This document shows positions 38,101-47,217 of a DNA stretch of 64,000 bases, piece after piece. The stretch is from an uncultured Bacteroidaceae bacterium (lineage in GTDB: Bacteria > Bacteroidota > Bacteroidia > Bacteroidales > GCA-2748055). Below the pieces are notes generated by a model. The model was not told the origin of the DNA. It saw nothing but the letters and a program-made list of their open reading frames with translations, and did not search any database. Position 1 is the stretch's first letter. The number at the start of each line of letters is the position of its first letter. The translations under genes and the position numbers were made by a program. The stretch is taken from contig CAZIFQ010000002.1 in the NCBI GenBank assembly GCA_964538375.1, positions 3,434 to 67,433 of the forward strand, given 5' to 3'.

Positions 38101-41100
38101 ATCCTACCGGCACGGAAGTGGATCATGTTGCGCCAACAACAAATTATAGCTTCATAGCGAGTCCTTCAGGGGCTGGAGATTTTGAGTACACTGTTACTGA
38201 GGTGATAGATAATTTAGGTCTTACTGGTACGTCTTCAGGAGTGGCACATGTAGAACGCCATCCTACTCCAGATGTAAGCATAACCAATACTAGAGAACAA
38301 TACCAGATAACTGAGGATTCAATACTTTTAACTGCAAATAAAGGTCCCGGGTTATTTACCGGACCCGGAGTAGTTACTTCTGAAAAGTTGTTTTACCCGA
38401 AAGTGGCAGGTCTCTCAACTGCCCCACATCATACGATCTACTATGATTACACAGATACAATCACAGGATGCACAGCACAGGATATAATAATTTTTGAAGT
38501 AGTTGATGCGGAGGCAAATATAACCTTTTCAGATACAAAACTTTGTTACAATGATCCGGAAATGACGGTTACCGGAAATAATTTATCAGGTGAAGGTGGA
38601 CCAGGTACATTCACTTTATATGAATATTTGAATGGGGGTCATTATTATATTCCAGAAGGAGAGGGAATTACTGGTGGTACTATTGCCGATGACAATGCGG
38701 TTATTTCACCTGGCAGTCTTGAAGGCGGAGAATACCGGGTGTATTATTGGTATAATTATCTCGACTCAATACCTTCATATATCTTTGAAACCTTCACACT
38801 TGAAAAGATTCCTGAAGTTGAATTCTTAAAGCCGGCGGATCATGACATTCTCAAGAGCAATAGCTTTGAAGTTTGTAACGATTGGGGTGCACTTGAACTT
38901 AAAACAAATCTGGATGCTTCCTATCCAGGTATCTATACCATAGGTCCAGATACTATGGAATATAATATTAATGATGATAGATGGTATTTTGTTCCCAGTA
39001 CAGCTAATACAGGGTATCTGACAATCAATTATGAAGTGACTTCTGAAGGTGAGTGTACGCAATCGGACTCATTTAGTTTTTATAATTATCCGGTTCCAAC
39101 GGTTGACTTCAATCCACTAGCGATCTGTATACCAGAAAACGGGGGTCCAATCGAATTTGAAAATTTTACAAGTGATGATGATTTGGTTAGTGAGTATCGA
39201 TGGGAGTTTGATGATTTAAATAGTGCTGACAGGAACACGGACACCGTCTACAACAATGATAATTATGTGCATCGTTTTTCTGCTCCTGCTCAACGTAACG
39301 TTAGCCTGGAAGTGCTTACAACTTCAGGGTGTATTGCCAAGCATAGCTCCCTCATAGATTTTGGAGATCGTCCGGTGGCATCATTCACCTGGGTGAGTGA
39401 CTGTTGGCTGGCTGATGACATGGTAGCAATTCAAAATGAGTCAACAACTGAAACACCATGGAAAGATTTCCATTGGGACTTTTATGATATAGACGGCCAT
39501 GACACCATATTGCTCACCTCAGTTGACTCATTAGCAAATGATAATGTAGTTCCTCTGAATACAGATTATGAATTTGAGGAGGAAGGAAAATATTTGATAA
39601 GATTGATTGTTAATAATAACCTGGATTGTTCAGATGACACAGTTAGGGTGATATCACTGAAGCCGACTATTCCTCTTATGAATTCAGATGAGCCTTATTT
39701 TGATGATCTTGATGATTACCTGACAGATGATCCGAGAAAATGGTCTGAAGAAGCAGAGTCAGGCTATGGTACATCAGTATGGAAGCAAGGAGAAATTAAC
39801 CATGAATTTGCATTAGATGATGGTATGCCATCAGATGAGAACATTGGTTGGTATACAGATTTGATATACAAACAGCCTACCAGGTCGTGGATCCAGAGTC
39901 CGTGTTTTGATTTTTCCGGGACTGAACGACCAATGATTCGGCTCAATATAGCAGGAAGTTTTGAGAGTTATCGTGATGGGGCTGTTTTGCAGTATACACT
40001 TAATGATGGAGTGGATTGGACAACCCTGGGTAATACTACTGATGGAATCAATTGGTATAATTCTTTTGAAATTATTGAGACCCCGGGTGGTGGGAATGGT
40101 ACGAGTATAGGATGGTCTGGAGATGTCGATGGAGTAGATGAAGAATGGGTCACTGCTGCTTTTGATCTGGATGATTTAATAGACCAGAGTGGAGTAATAT
40201 TTGGGCTTTTCTATGCGACATCGGGTTCTGTAAAAGAATATAATGAAGGTTTTGCTGCTGATAATATCTATATTGGAGAAAGAACAAAGCGGGCATTGAT
40301 AGAGCATTTTACTAACTCTGGTTCAGCTAATGCAATTAGTGCAGATGATGCTATAGATAACTTCACCTCTGCCAATAGCCTGGATGTAACGAATCTGCAA
40401 TACCATATGCATTATCCTTTTGAAGATCCTATGAATGAGAATAACTCTTCACCTGGATCCTCCAGGGCATTCTACTATGGCGTTTCACAGGTTCCATATG
40501 CCTTGATGGACGGTGGAACTGATGCTACCTACAAGTATGATTTTAGCCCGTCAACTCCTACTGCAATTAGCCTGAAAGAACTTACGCTTGATGTTCCTCT
40601 TTTTGCGATGGACATTACTTATAAGTTACATGCCAGCAGGTTAGCAACCAAGGTGGAGGTTAAGGCATTGAGTGATATTGATTCAACTGATGTCATATTG
40701 TATGTAGCGGTTATTGAGAAAACAATGGATAAATTCACTGAAATAATAAATGGAGATACAGAATTTAAAAATGTAGTGATGGCCTTGCTGCCAAGTACTG
40801 CTGGTCAGCTTTATTCAAGGGGATGGGGTATAGACGAAACAGTGAGCGAACAGTACAGCTGGACATACAAGGGAGAAGAAGATAAGAGTGAATTAATGGT
40901 AGTTGCTTTTTTACAGGACAGGCAGACCAATAAGGTGCTGCAAGTGACATCAAACGATGTGCCTGAATTTGGGGTGGGAGAAGTTTTGCATCAATTAGAT
41001 GCAATACATATTTACCCAAATCCTGCAAGAGATCTTCTGTACGTTGAATTCGCAGAAGCTACAACTGGTGAAGGTATAATTGAGATAACAGACATGACAG

Positions 41101-41246
41101 GTCGTGTTGTAATGATCTCAGAAATATATGACAGGGAGGGAGTTATAAAACTGGACATTAGCTTGTTACTGGATGGTTCATACATACTTCAAATAAAGGA
41201 GAATGGGAATATAAGAAGCAGGACAAACTTTATAAAGGTGAGATAG
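35124..41246 (+). CDS. Giant (2040-aa) secreted multidomain surface protein with T9SS type-A C-terminal sorting domain
   Basis: Has a signal peptide and long Ig/PKD-like repetitive beta regions. A MAM/LamG-like region occurs near WYTDL...SPCFDFSG...GWSGD. A thioredoxin-fold/Omp28-like segment is ALIEHFTNSGSANA. The C-terminus IYPNPARDLLYVEF...GSYILQIKENGNIRSRTNFIKVR is a typical T9SS CTD. Confidence 0.8.
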   Translation: MRTRLKSFLLFALLGITSASFGQSATWTKDFNNESEVRNSTDYEIVVVLTDETFSATVESVDGDAADLVDGMSGFSTAWDNVLGSINAADITLSAANSVATIRIEQELAYYLIENDSIGFLIPAGSLTGTGVIQLPDSLIINNQETSVSFSGTLSGGVDESDIRNGDNTLILTLTNNKWGAADAAALSIVKSMFSVSGGSEFAGQVSALSVGDLGLNGSSDVLTIIFDEDDNFYIPATETVSVEARQTLLQYSEKYADSLATFDVSNEVPVIAISDSTITEYTIKHEAVSFLITLSGDIWEEPLDANFKDQISSGGAWDAIIRNDLTILRVNDTLIKVTTPIKLTYEISSNETVEISIDPINLANTTGANIDATGTKTIAASPAGLTPGGTFATTLSEGDLRTAPGYVIELSISEDTWIATISDPANRDALINSITSSPADAGFTALISAIIAEGDVVRSGDGTKVTIAVPVISDFDITQSIDLSFTDVLGTLFETTSTDLSTGVFTTIERIKPYIVITTDPPSPLLEPEVNDAILIVNLYEDTFNSTFNDGNFTFTPDPGVPTELKVDPSSAYTLIGDDSLRIGIRLDGNITVGFDFGLEIDANELPGTDNVENKPGNVIGVSALVLPVINSVSILNDSMKIGDYVEITIIIDKAGSDIDYTSGTVADRILTDFEQVSAFEYHAYFTVLEGTTEYFAGDDIPVTNLILNNMGYDGDSFTDLIEQANDPIDTDYPVVDLISFNNGEYKIGEQVTAVIHATEIGLKFDKDLTKINTIPLSAVNVTSNESGSGIYQLYYTVASTNPDLFSGDIAVDVVMKDSVGNENSVYQTISGTSPKIDAHYPVITSASVSTTGVKKPGDIIEIDILSTEIIHKLGAGSHVNNVSASGGGPGDGVINMVSNLDNTYTLTYTVGSEDDEVENPGEMEVLIILEDEFGNQTQITTLDLVVNNVEIVTSGPIAQIFGGGDVCPGESVEVFVTLSGEPPFALKIKENPTGTEVDHVAPTTNYSFIASPSGAGDFEYTVTEVIDNLGLTGTSSGVAHVERHPTPDVSITNTREQYQITEDSILLTANKGPGLFTGPGVVTSEKLFYPKVAGLSTAPHHTIYYDYTDTITGCTAQDIIIFEVVDAEANITFSDTKLCYNDPEMTVTGNNLSGEGGPGTFTLYEYLNGGHYYIPEGEGITGGTIADDNAVISPGSLEGGEYRVYYWYNYLDSIPSYIFETFTLEKIPEVEFLKPADHDILKSNSFEVCNDWGALELKTNLDASYPGIYTIGPDTMEYNINDDRWYFVPSTANTGYLTINYEVTSEGECTQSDSFSFYNYPVPTVDFNPLAICIPENGGPIEFENFTSDDDLVSEYRWEFDDLNSADRNTDTVYNNDNYVHRFSAPAQRNVSLEVLTTSGCIAKHSSLIDFGDRPVASFTWVSDCWLADDMVAIQNESTTETPWKDFHWDFYDIDGHDTILLTSVDSLANDNVVPLNTDYEFEEEGKYLIRLIVNNNLDCSDDTVRVISLKPTIPLMNSDEPYFDDLDDYLTDDPRKWSEEAESGYGTSVWKQGEINHEFALDDGMPSDENIGWYTDLIYKQPTRSWIQSPCFDFSGTERPMIRLNIAGSFESYRDGAVLQYTLNDGVDWTTLGNTTDGINWYNSFEIIETPGGGNGTSIGWSGDVDGVDEEWVTAAFDLDDLIDQSGVIFGLFYATSGSVKEYNEGFAADNIYIGERTKRALIEHFTNSGSANAISADDAIDNFTSANSLDVTNLQYHMHYPFEDPMNENNSSPGSSRAFYYGVSQVPYALMDGGTDATYKYDFSPSTPTAISLKELTLDVPLFAMDITYKLHASRLATKVEVKALSDIDSTDVILYVAVIEKTMDKFTEIINGDTEFKNVVMALLPSTAGQLYSRGWGIDETVSEQYSWTYKGEEDKSELMVVAFLQDRQTNKVLQVTSNDVPEFGVGEVLHQLDAIHIYPNPARDLLYVEFAEATTGEGIIEITDMTGRVVMISEIYDREGVIKLDISLLLDGSYILQIKENGNIRSRTNFIKVR

Positions 41247-41247
41247 C

Positions 41248-42453
41248 TCAGGATTCGTTCCTGAGCATTTCACCAAATTCTTCGCCAAATTTGATAAATT
41301 CTTCGGCCTTTTCACCATTAGGGTAGAATTTGGCTGCGAGCGTATTTTTAACTATTAGCTTAAGATTACCGAGATGATCTTCAATGATCTTCACGGCTTC
41401 ACCACTCCAGCCATATGATCCAAATACAGCTGCAGGTTTTCCTTTGTCCCTGATTGGATTAATGACGCTGAAAAGTTTGTATATAGGTAGCAGGGTATTT
41501 TGATTTATCGTTGGAGAGCCAACAATAAGCGCATCAGCCCTTACCAGTTTCTCTTCCAGTTCGCCCAGGAGAATATTTTCTATATCTACGATGTCAATCT
41601 CAAATTCACCTGCCTTTCGCAATCCATCAGCTATTCTGTTAGCCATTTCCTGGGTATACCCATAGGCCGAAACGTAGGCAACAAGGACACGGTTTTTCTT
41701 TTCTGTGTTTTTTAAATATTCAGATGAAATCGCCCTGCTTCTTTCGACCTTTTCTTTCCAGGTTGTACGTAAAATAGGACCATGTCCAGGGCAAATACAA
41801 TCAATTTCAATACCATCAAGTTTGTCGATGGCTTTGAGCATGAATTTGCTGTATGGCTTTAGAATAACATCGAAATAGTAGTCGAAGGATTCTTCATAAT
41901 CTCCAACGAGATCGTCAAACATAAGGTCATTGGCATAATGTGCTCCAAATGAATCGCAGGTAAACAATACCTTTTCCTGCTCCAGGTAGGCATATATTGT
42001 GTCCGGCCAGTGAAGGTTTGGAGCCCCGATAATGCGAAGCTGTGAATCACCTAAATCAAGCACATCTCCATTTTTTACTTTCTTCCACTTAAAGGGTTTT
42101 TCAAGCATTTCAGTGAGATAATTGATGGCCTGTCCGCTGCCTACAACTGTGGCGTTAGGAGCTAGTTCAAGAAGATATTTCAGAGAGCCAGAATGATCAG
42201 GTTCAGTATGGGTGCAGATGATATATTCAAGTTCTTCAGGATTAACCAAAGTTTTAAGCTTTGAGATATAGGTATCCCAAAATGTTGATTTCACGGTATC
42301 GATGATTGTCTTCTTTTCGGCAGAGATGAAGTATGAATTATAAGTTGTTCCAAACTTTGTCTCCATGACAATATCAAAAGTGATAATATCATAATCCAAT
42401 ACACCGATCCATTCAACCCGATCACTAACCTTTAAAGTTCCAGTTTTGCTCAT
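41248..42453 (-). CDS. fprA: Flavodiiron protein (metallo-beta-lactamase-like di-iron domain + flavodoxin domain; O2/NO reductase type)
   Basis: 401 aa with di-iron motif HTEPDHSG and a C-terminal flavodoxin-like domain (VLVAYVSAYGYTQEMA, LIVGSPT). Its stop lies 1 nt from the stop of the convergent 2040-aa gene. Confidence 0.85.
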   Translation of the reverse strand: MSKTGTLKVSDRVEWIGVLDYDIITFDIVMETKFGTTYNSYFISAEKKTIIDTVKSTFWDTYISKLKTLVNPEELEYIICTHTEPDHSGSLKYLLELAPNATVVGSGQAINYLTEMLEKPFKWKKVKNGDVLDLGDSQLRIIGAPNLHWPDTIYAYLEQEKVLFTCDSFGAHYANDLMFDDLVGDYEESFDYYFDVILKPYSKFMLKAIDKLDGIEIDCICPGHGPILRTTWKEKVERSRAISSEYLKNTEKKNRVLVAYVSAYGYTQEMANRIADGLRKAGEFEIDIVDIENILLGELEEKLVRADALIVGSPTINQNTLLPIYKLFSVINPIRDKGKPAAVFGSYGWSGEAVKIIEDHLGNLKLIVKNTLAAKFYPNGEKAEEFIKFGEEFGEMLRNES

Positions 42454-42472
42454 TTGTCAATACTATTTGATG

Positions 42473-42480
42473 CAAATATA
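42473..42480 (-). promoter_or_regulatory. Candidate Bacteroidota -7 promoter box TATATTTG upstream of the flavodiiron gene
   Basis: This is an exact match to the TAnnTTTG consensus, read on the minus strand, 19 nt upstream of the ATG at 42453. It is bracketed by TTGTCAATACT (42454-42464) and TTGACAATACT (42502-42512). Confidence 0.3.
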
Positions 42481-42520
42481 GAAAGTAAAAAGCATGTTTC
42501 ATTGACAATACTTATTAAAA

Positions 42521-42550
42521 AAAGCTGCCTCATTGAAATGAGACAGCTTT
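42521..42550 (-). terminator. Rho-independent-type terminator for the small minus-strand gene
   Basis: The minus strand reads AAAGCTGTCTCAT-TTC-AATGAGGCAGCTTT (one mismatch), followed by a T-run (plus-strand A-run 42515-42523). Confidence 0.6.
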
Positions 42551-42604
42551 CAAAACTCACAATCTGACAGTAACGAACCTAACTAAATCGTAAAGTGATT
42601 TCAA

Positions 42605-42844
42605 TTATTTTGAACCATCACATTTCTTTTCACAATCTTTTGCTGCTTTTGCATCGCAATCAGCAGATTTTTTTTCTGCAGGGACATCGCAATCAGCAGA
42701 CTTCTTTTCTGATTTCTTTGTTTTCTTAGGATCATCATCCTGCAAACTGATCGTTAATAATTCTGCATTATTTGCAGCAAATACGGGGGCAGTAATTCCT
42801 CCCAGGAAAAATGAAACTACTAGTATGGCTATAATTTTTTTCAT
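42605..42844 (-). CDS. Small secreted Lys/Cys-rich repeat protein
   Basis: 79 aa with signal peptide MKKIIAILVVSFFLGGITAPVFA. The mature part contains a KKSADCD x2 repeat, KDCEKKCD, and 5 Cys in the last 30 aa. It has its own terminator. No family was recognised. Confidence 0.5.
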   Translation of the reverse strand: MKKIIAILVVSFFLGGITAPVFAANNAELLTISLQDDDPKKTKKSEKKSADCDVPAEKKSADCDAKAAKDCEKKCDGSK

Positions 42845-42941
42845 GATATGTCAATTTAACTTAATTAATAATGATGCAATTTAGTTAAACAGGCAGATTT
42901 AGATGTTAAGCAGATGTTAAAAAAGACAAGAAGGTATTCTA

Positions 42942-43607
42942 TTATGAAAGAAGAGCGATTTCAGTTATTCCTCCCCTGGTCTTTTCACCCATTTCAACAA
43001 GGATTTTTGAGTCTACCGGAAGAAGAAGGTCCAGGCGAGAGCCAAATTTGATGAATCCCAATTCCTGGCCTAAATCAACAGATTTACCTTGCACAGAATT
43101 ACATACTATCCTTCTTGCAACATAACCGGCAATCTGTTTGACCAGGATTTCTTTATTTCCATGCTCAATAACCGTTGAGCTATGTTCGTTAAGTAAAGAA
43201 GACTTTGGATGTCTTGCCACCAGGTATTTTCCGGGGTGATATTTGTAGTACTTGATTTTTCCTGATACAGGATACCAATTGATATGTATGTTATGTATAC
43301 TCATAAAGATAGAAACCTGGATTCGCTTGTCATTGAAATATTCATGCTCATCTACGGTTTCAATAGCAACAATAATACCATCAGCTGGAGCTATAACAGT
43401 ATTTTCTTTAATGGTATATATCCTATTAGGAATTCTGAAGAATCTGAAGATAAGAAAGATAAGAATAAGCAGTGCAAGTTGAATCAGCAAGTAGGGCAAA
43501 AGTGAAAATAACAACAAAGCTCCGGCAGACAGCAGCAGTATTATTGTTGTGAAAATCAAAAGAATATGTCTTCCTTCTCGGTGAATACGTTTCATAATAC
43601 TTCCCAA
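42942..43607 (-). CDS. psd: Phosphatidylserine decarboxylase proenzyme
   Basis: N-terminal TM helices, with GFIKFGSRLDL containing the G-S self-cleavage site. Met5 (43595) forms an ATGA overlap with the cdsA stop and is the likelier start. Confidence 0.85.
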   Translation of the reverse strand: MGSIMKRIHREGRHILLIFTTIILLLSAGALLLFSLLPYLLIQLALLILIFLIFRFFRIPNRIYTIKENTVIAPADGIIVAIETVDEHEYFNDKRIQVSIFMSIHNIHINWYPVSGKIKYYKYHPGKYLVARHPKSSLLNEHSSTVIEHGNKEILVKQIAGYVARRIVCNSVQGKSVDLGQELGFIKFGSRLDLLLPVDSKILVEMGEKTRGGITEIALLS

Positions 43608-44410
43608 AGAATTAGTAATCCATAAAATATCGGTGCGCTGAAAAACAGGGAGTCAAACCTATCAAGCATACCACCGTGCCCGGGAATTAGATTCCCAGAA
43701 TCTTTTACCCCGGCCTCCCTTTTTAGTTTGCTTTCGAACAAATCCCCTGCTACAGCTGATAAGCTAAGAATTATTGCAGCGATTATCCAGAATAAAGATG
43801 AATATGTATCAGTTATCTCATAGACCAACCATCCTGCAACAGCAGTAAAGACTATTCCACTGATAAAACCTTCCCAGGTTTTCCCAGGGGATATAACCGG
43901 AGAAAATTGTCTTTTTCCAATCAGTGATCCGGCCAGGTATGCGCCGGCATCATTTATCCATATCAAAAATAAAAGTATTATTGGCAAAAGAGCTTCGTAC
44001 TGACCTTCATTTATCCTCCATCCCGCTGCCAACACAAATATTGATGACCCAGATATCCATATCATCGAAAGCGTTAGTAAACTAACATCCCTGAAAGTAA
44101 CTTTTTTGCTGAAAAGTGTTAGTAAAATTAACAGGGATATAGCTAAAATTGAATAGCATGTAATCCAGGCAATGCTAATATGCTGATCTAAATAAAGATA
44201 AAACAGAACAATCAAAATTATTCCAAGAAAGGTGAGCAGCATAAACAGGGTATTATCACCCATTTTAAACATTCGCTTAAATTCAAGGAAACTAATAGTA
44301 AATACCACTAACATAAGTAGCATGGCAGAGAGGCCGCCCAGAATAAATGCAAGGGTAACCAATGCAACCAGTAGCACACCTGAGATCGAGCGTATAATCA
44401 ATGTTCTCAT
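43592..44410 (-). CDS. cdsA: Phosphatidate cytidylyltransferase
   Basis: Polytopic, with the CdsA signature GDLFESKLKREAGVKDSGNLIPGHGGMLDRFDS. Confidence 0.9.
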   Translation of the reverse strand: MRTLIIRSISGVLLVALVTLAFILGGLSAMLLMLVVFTISFLEFKRMFKMGDNTLFMLLTFLGIILIVLFYLYLDQHISIAWITCYSILAISLLILLTLFSKKVTFRDVSLLTLSMIWISGSSIFVLAAGWRINEGQYEALLPIILLFLIWINDAGAYLAGSLIGKRQFSPVISPGKTWEGFISGIVFTAVAGWLVYEITDTYSSLFWIIAAIILSLSAVAGDLFESKLKREAGVKDSGNLIPGHGGMLDRFDSLFFSAPIFYGLLILWEVL

Positions 44411-44673
44411 TGGTCTTCAAACTCTTGAATTAGAAGTTTAGATCGCATGACATCCTCCCTGAGAACATGAATCTCAATATCTCCAAATTGATAAGCAGAA
44501 TCCATTTTATTCAACAAAAATGAGTTGATGCCATGATCTCCCAAAATTTGTCGGACAATCTCAGCTTCATACATTTTGTTTGTCGTATAAACGGCTACTC
44601 TGTCACTTGTCATCCTTCTTGTCTGATGTATCGATTTTATTTGATTCTTCTTGTTTTGCTGGTTTTTCAGCAA
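44407..44673 (-). CDS. Small DUF2007-like (putative signal-transducing) protein
   Basis: VAVYTTNKMYEAEIVRQILGDHGINSFLLN...IEIHVLREDVMRSKLLI fits the DUF2007 pattern. The listed start overlaps the ftsH 3' end by 71 nt. Met21 (44613) would reduce the overlap to 11 nt. Confidence 0.5.
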   Translation of the reverse strand: MLKNQQNKKNQIKSIHQTRRMTSDRVAVYTTNKMYEAEIVRQILGDHGINSFLLNKMDSAYQFGDIEIHVLREDVMRSKLLIQEFEDQ

Positions 44674-46696
44674 CTTTTTTTACTGGTTTCTTTTTCGCTT
44701 TTGGCTTTTCAACCTCTGGCTGTCTTAATAATACTTCTTCAGGATTCCAGGGGCGCTTCCCAAAAATTACTTCAAGGTCATCACTGAAGATTACTTCTTT
44801 TTCCAATAGCTTTTCAGCTAATTTGGTCAACCCGGCTTTATTCTTCTTCAGAATATCAATAGCTCTTTTATACTGCTTATCAATAAGTGCTTTTGTCTCA
44901 TCATCAATCATTTCAGCAGTCTTCTCACTGTACGGTTTATTAAAAGAGTATTCATTTTGTCCGGAAGAGTCAAAATAACTTAGGTTACCAATTTTGTCGC
45001 TCATACCAAAGTAAGAAATCATGGCATAAGCTTGCTTGGTTACTTTCTCAAGGTCGTTCAATGCTCCTGTTGAAATCCTGCCAAATATAAGGGCCTCTGC
45101 AGCCCGCCCGCCCAGGGTGGCACACATCTCATCCAACATTTGCTCGGTAGTTGTAATCTGTCTTTCCTCAGGCAGGTACCATGCAGCTCCAAGCGCACGT
45201 CCACGCGGAATGATTGTAACCTTTACCAGTGGGTTTGCGTGTTCCAGCAACCAACTTATAGTAGCGTGACCACCTTCGTGAAATGCAATGGTGCGTTTTT
45301 CTTCCTTTTTAATGATCTTATTCTTCTTTTCCAATCCGCCAATTATCCGGTCAACAGCATCAAGAAAGTCCTGTTTCTGAACCGCCTTCTTATCATGTCT
45401 TGCTGCAATAAGTGCTGATTCGTTACAAACATTGGCTATATCAGCCCCGGAAAATCCTGGTGTTTGCTTTGCCATAAAGTCCAGGTTAACGGAATCATCC
45501 ATTTTCAAGGGCTTAACATGTACTTCAAATATCGCCCTCCTTTCATTCAGATCGGGAAGCTCAACATGAATCTGACGGTCAAATCGGCCGGCCCTCAGCA
45601 ATGCTTTATCTAAAACATCTGCCCGGTTAGTTGCAGCCAGAATGATAACGCCACTGTTTGAGCTGAATCCATCCATCTCGGTAAGCAACTGGTTAAGCGT
45701 GTTCTCACGTTCATCGTTTGCTCCAAAATTCGGATTTTTACCCCTGGCGCGACCCACAGCATCAATCTCGTCAATAAATACGATACATGGAGATTTCTCT
45801 TTGGCTTGCTTAAACAGATCTCTTACCCTTGAAGCACCAACACCCACAAACATTTCTACAAAGTCGGAACCCGACATGGAAAAGAAGGGTACATTTGCTT
45901 CACCTGCAACGGCTTTTGCAAGAAGAGTTTTACCTGTTCCCGGGGGGCCAACAAGAAGAGCACCTTTTGGTATCTTACCTCCCAGTTCTGTATATTTTTT
46001 GGGGTTCTTAAGGAATTCAACAATTTCCCTGATTTCTACCTTTGCCTCTTCAAGTCCCGCAACATCGGTGAAGTTGATAGTTACACTTGTTTCCTTGTCA
46101 AATATCTGGGCCTTGGATTTACCAACACTGAAGATGTTGCTGGCGCCACCTCCGCCTCCTCCGGCACCACCCCCCATTCTGCGAAGCATGAATATCCATA
46201 TCCCAAGAATGAGTAGGAAGGGGAAGACCCATACAAGCATGTCACCCAGGACATTTTTACGGGTCACTGTTGTGAACCCTGGTTTATTTTCAGCGGGTAA
46301 GCTGTTAATTATAGCGTTCAACTCCTGCCCAAAAACATCGGGAAAAACAATGGAAAAATAGTATTGTGGAACACTCTGTCCAAAGACAGTATTCTTGCTT
46401 TTCTCTTTTATATCGCTGTATTTAGCATCCGTTAACTTCTCCGGCTTAATGTAGATTTCAACTTTTTCTTTATTTACAATAACAATCTTTTCTACTTCAC
46501 CATCTTTAAGCATCTCAAAGAAGGAGTTGGAATCTGTTTCTGTAACGTTCCCGGTATTGCTAAGAAACTGCACACCCAGGAGGACAAGCAGTATGATTCC
46601 TACAATCCAATAGGAATTAAATTTTTGTTTTCCTGATTTGCCTTGTCCAGGTTTACCCAAAGGATTTAGCGATTTTTTTTTATCTTTTTCTGACAT
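44603..46696 (-). CDS. ftsH: ATP-dependent zinc metalloprotease FtsH
   Basis: Two N-terminal TM helices, Walker A GPPGTGKT, Walker B IVFIDEID and Zn motif HEGGHA. It has a Lys-rich C-terminal tail ([18 protein letters not shown]). Confidence 0.95.
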   Translation of the reverse strand: MSEKDKKKSLNPLGKPGQGKSGKQKFNSYWIVGIILLVLLGVQFLSNTGNVTETDSNSFFEMLKDGEVEKIVIVNKEKVEIYIKPEKLTDAKYSDIKEKSKNTVFGQSVPQYYFSIVFPDVFGQELNAIINSLPAENKPGFTTVTRKNVLGDMLVWVFPFLLILGIWIFMLRRMGGGAGGGGGGASNIFSVGKSKAQIFDKETSVTINFTDVAGLEEAKVEIREIVEFLKNPKKYTELGGKIPKGALLVGPPGTGKTLLAKAVAGEANVPFFSMSGSDFVEMFVGVGASRVRDLFKQAKEKSPCIVFIDEIDAVGRARGKNPNFGANDERENTLNQLLTEMDGFSSNSGVIILAATNRADVLDKALLRAGRFDRQIHVELPDLNERRAIFEVHVKPLKMDDSVNLDFMAKQTPGFSGADIANVCNESALIAARHDKKAVQKQDFLDAVDRIIGGLEKKNKIIKKEEKRTIAFHEGGHATISWLLEHANPLVKVTIIPRGRALGAAWYLPEERQITTTEQMLDEMCATLGGRAAEALIFGRISTGALNDLEKVTKQAYAMISYFGMSDKIGNLSYFDSSGQNEYSFNKPYSEKTAEMIDDETKALIDKQYKRAIDILKKNKAGLTKLAEKLLEKEVIFSDDLEVIFGKRPWNPEEVLLRQPEVEKPKAKKKPVKKVAEKPAKQEESNKIDTSDKKDDK

Positions 46697-46710
46697 GATT
46701 TTTTTAGTAT

Positions 46711-47085
46711 TTACTTTTCACCTTCTATGCGCTCAATCTCACCGTCTGACCATAAGTCCTCTAGATTGAAAAATGATCTTTTCTCTTCAAGAAATATATG
46801 TACCAATATATCGAAATAATCAATGAGTACCCACTCGCTGTTATTAGTCCCCTCTATATGATGCGCCCTGATATTGGATTCTTTTTTCAATTTATCCTGT
46901 ACGCTATCAGCAATAGCATCAACTTGTGTTGTTGATTCACCATGACAAATTACAAAATAATCGCTGATTGAGTTGTTTACCTTTTTTAGGTTTATAGATA
47001 CAATCTGTTTTCCTTTTTTTTCCTTGATAGCTTCAAGAATTATTTTGAGCTTATCCTGAATATTAATTTCTTTAGTGTCTATCAT
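46711..47085 (-). CDS. rsfS: Ribosome silencing factor RsfS
   Basis: 124 aa with DYFVICHGESTTQVDAIADSV...WVLIDYFDILVHIF, typical of RsfS/IojAP. It lies directly upstream of ftsH, which is a common arrangement. Confidence 0.85.
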   Translation of the reverse strand: MIDTKEINIQDKLKIILEAIKEKKGKQIVSINLKKVNNSISDYFVICHGESTTQVDAIADSVQDKLKKESNIRAHHIEGTNNSEWVLIDYFDILVHIFLEEKRSFFNLEDLWSDGEIERIEGEK

Positions 47086-47217
47086 TTAGTATACCTACTC
47101 AAAGGTACTGTTTTTTAATTATTTCGCTTCTTTGCCTCCGTGTAACAAATTTACCTCTATTTTTACATTGTAATATGAGAAAGCGACTACGCTGCAACAG
47201 AGATCAAATATTATACC

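Noticed and set aside
45642-46361. 239-aa plus-strand ORF inside ftsH
   Set aside because: It is entirely antisense to a high-confidence FtsH gene. Its sequence is low-complexity (Pro/Ser/Ala-rich, [10 protein letters not shown]), mirroring the Gly-rich FtsH linker. It has no recognisable domain.
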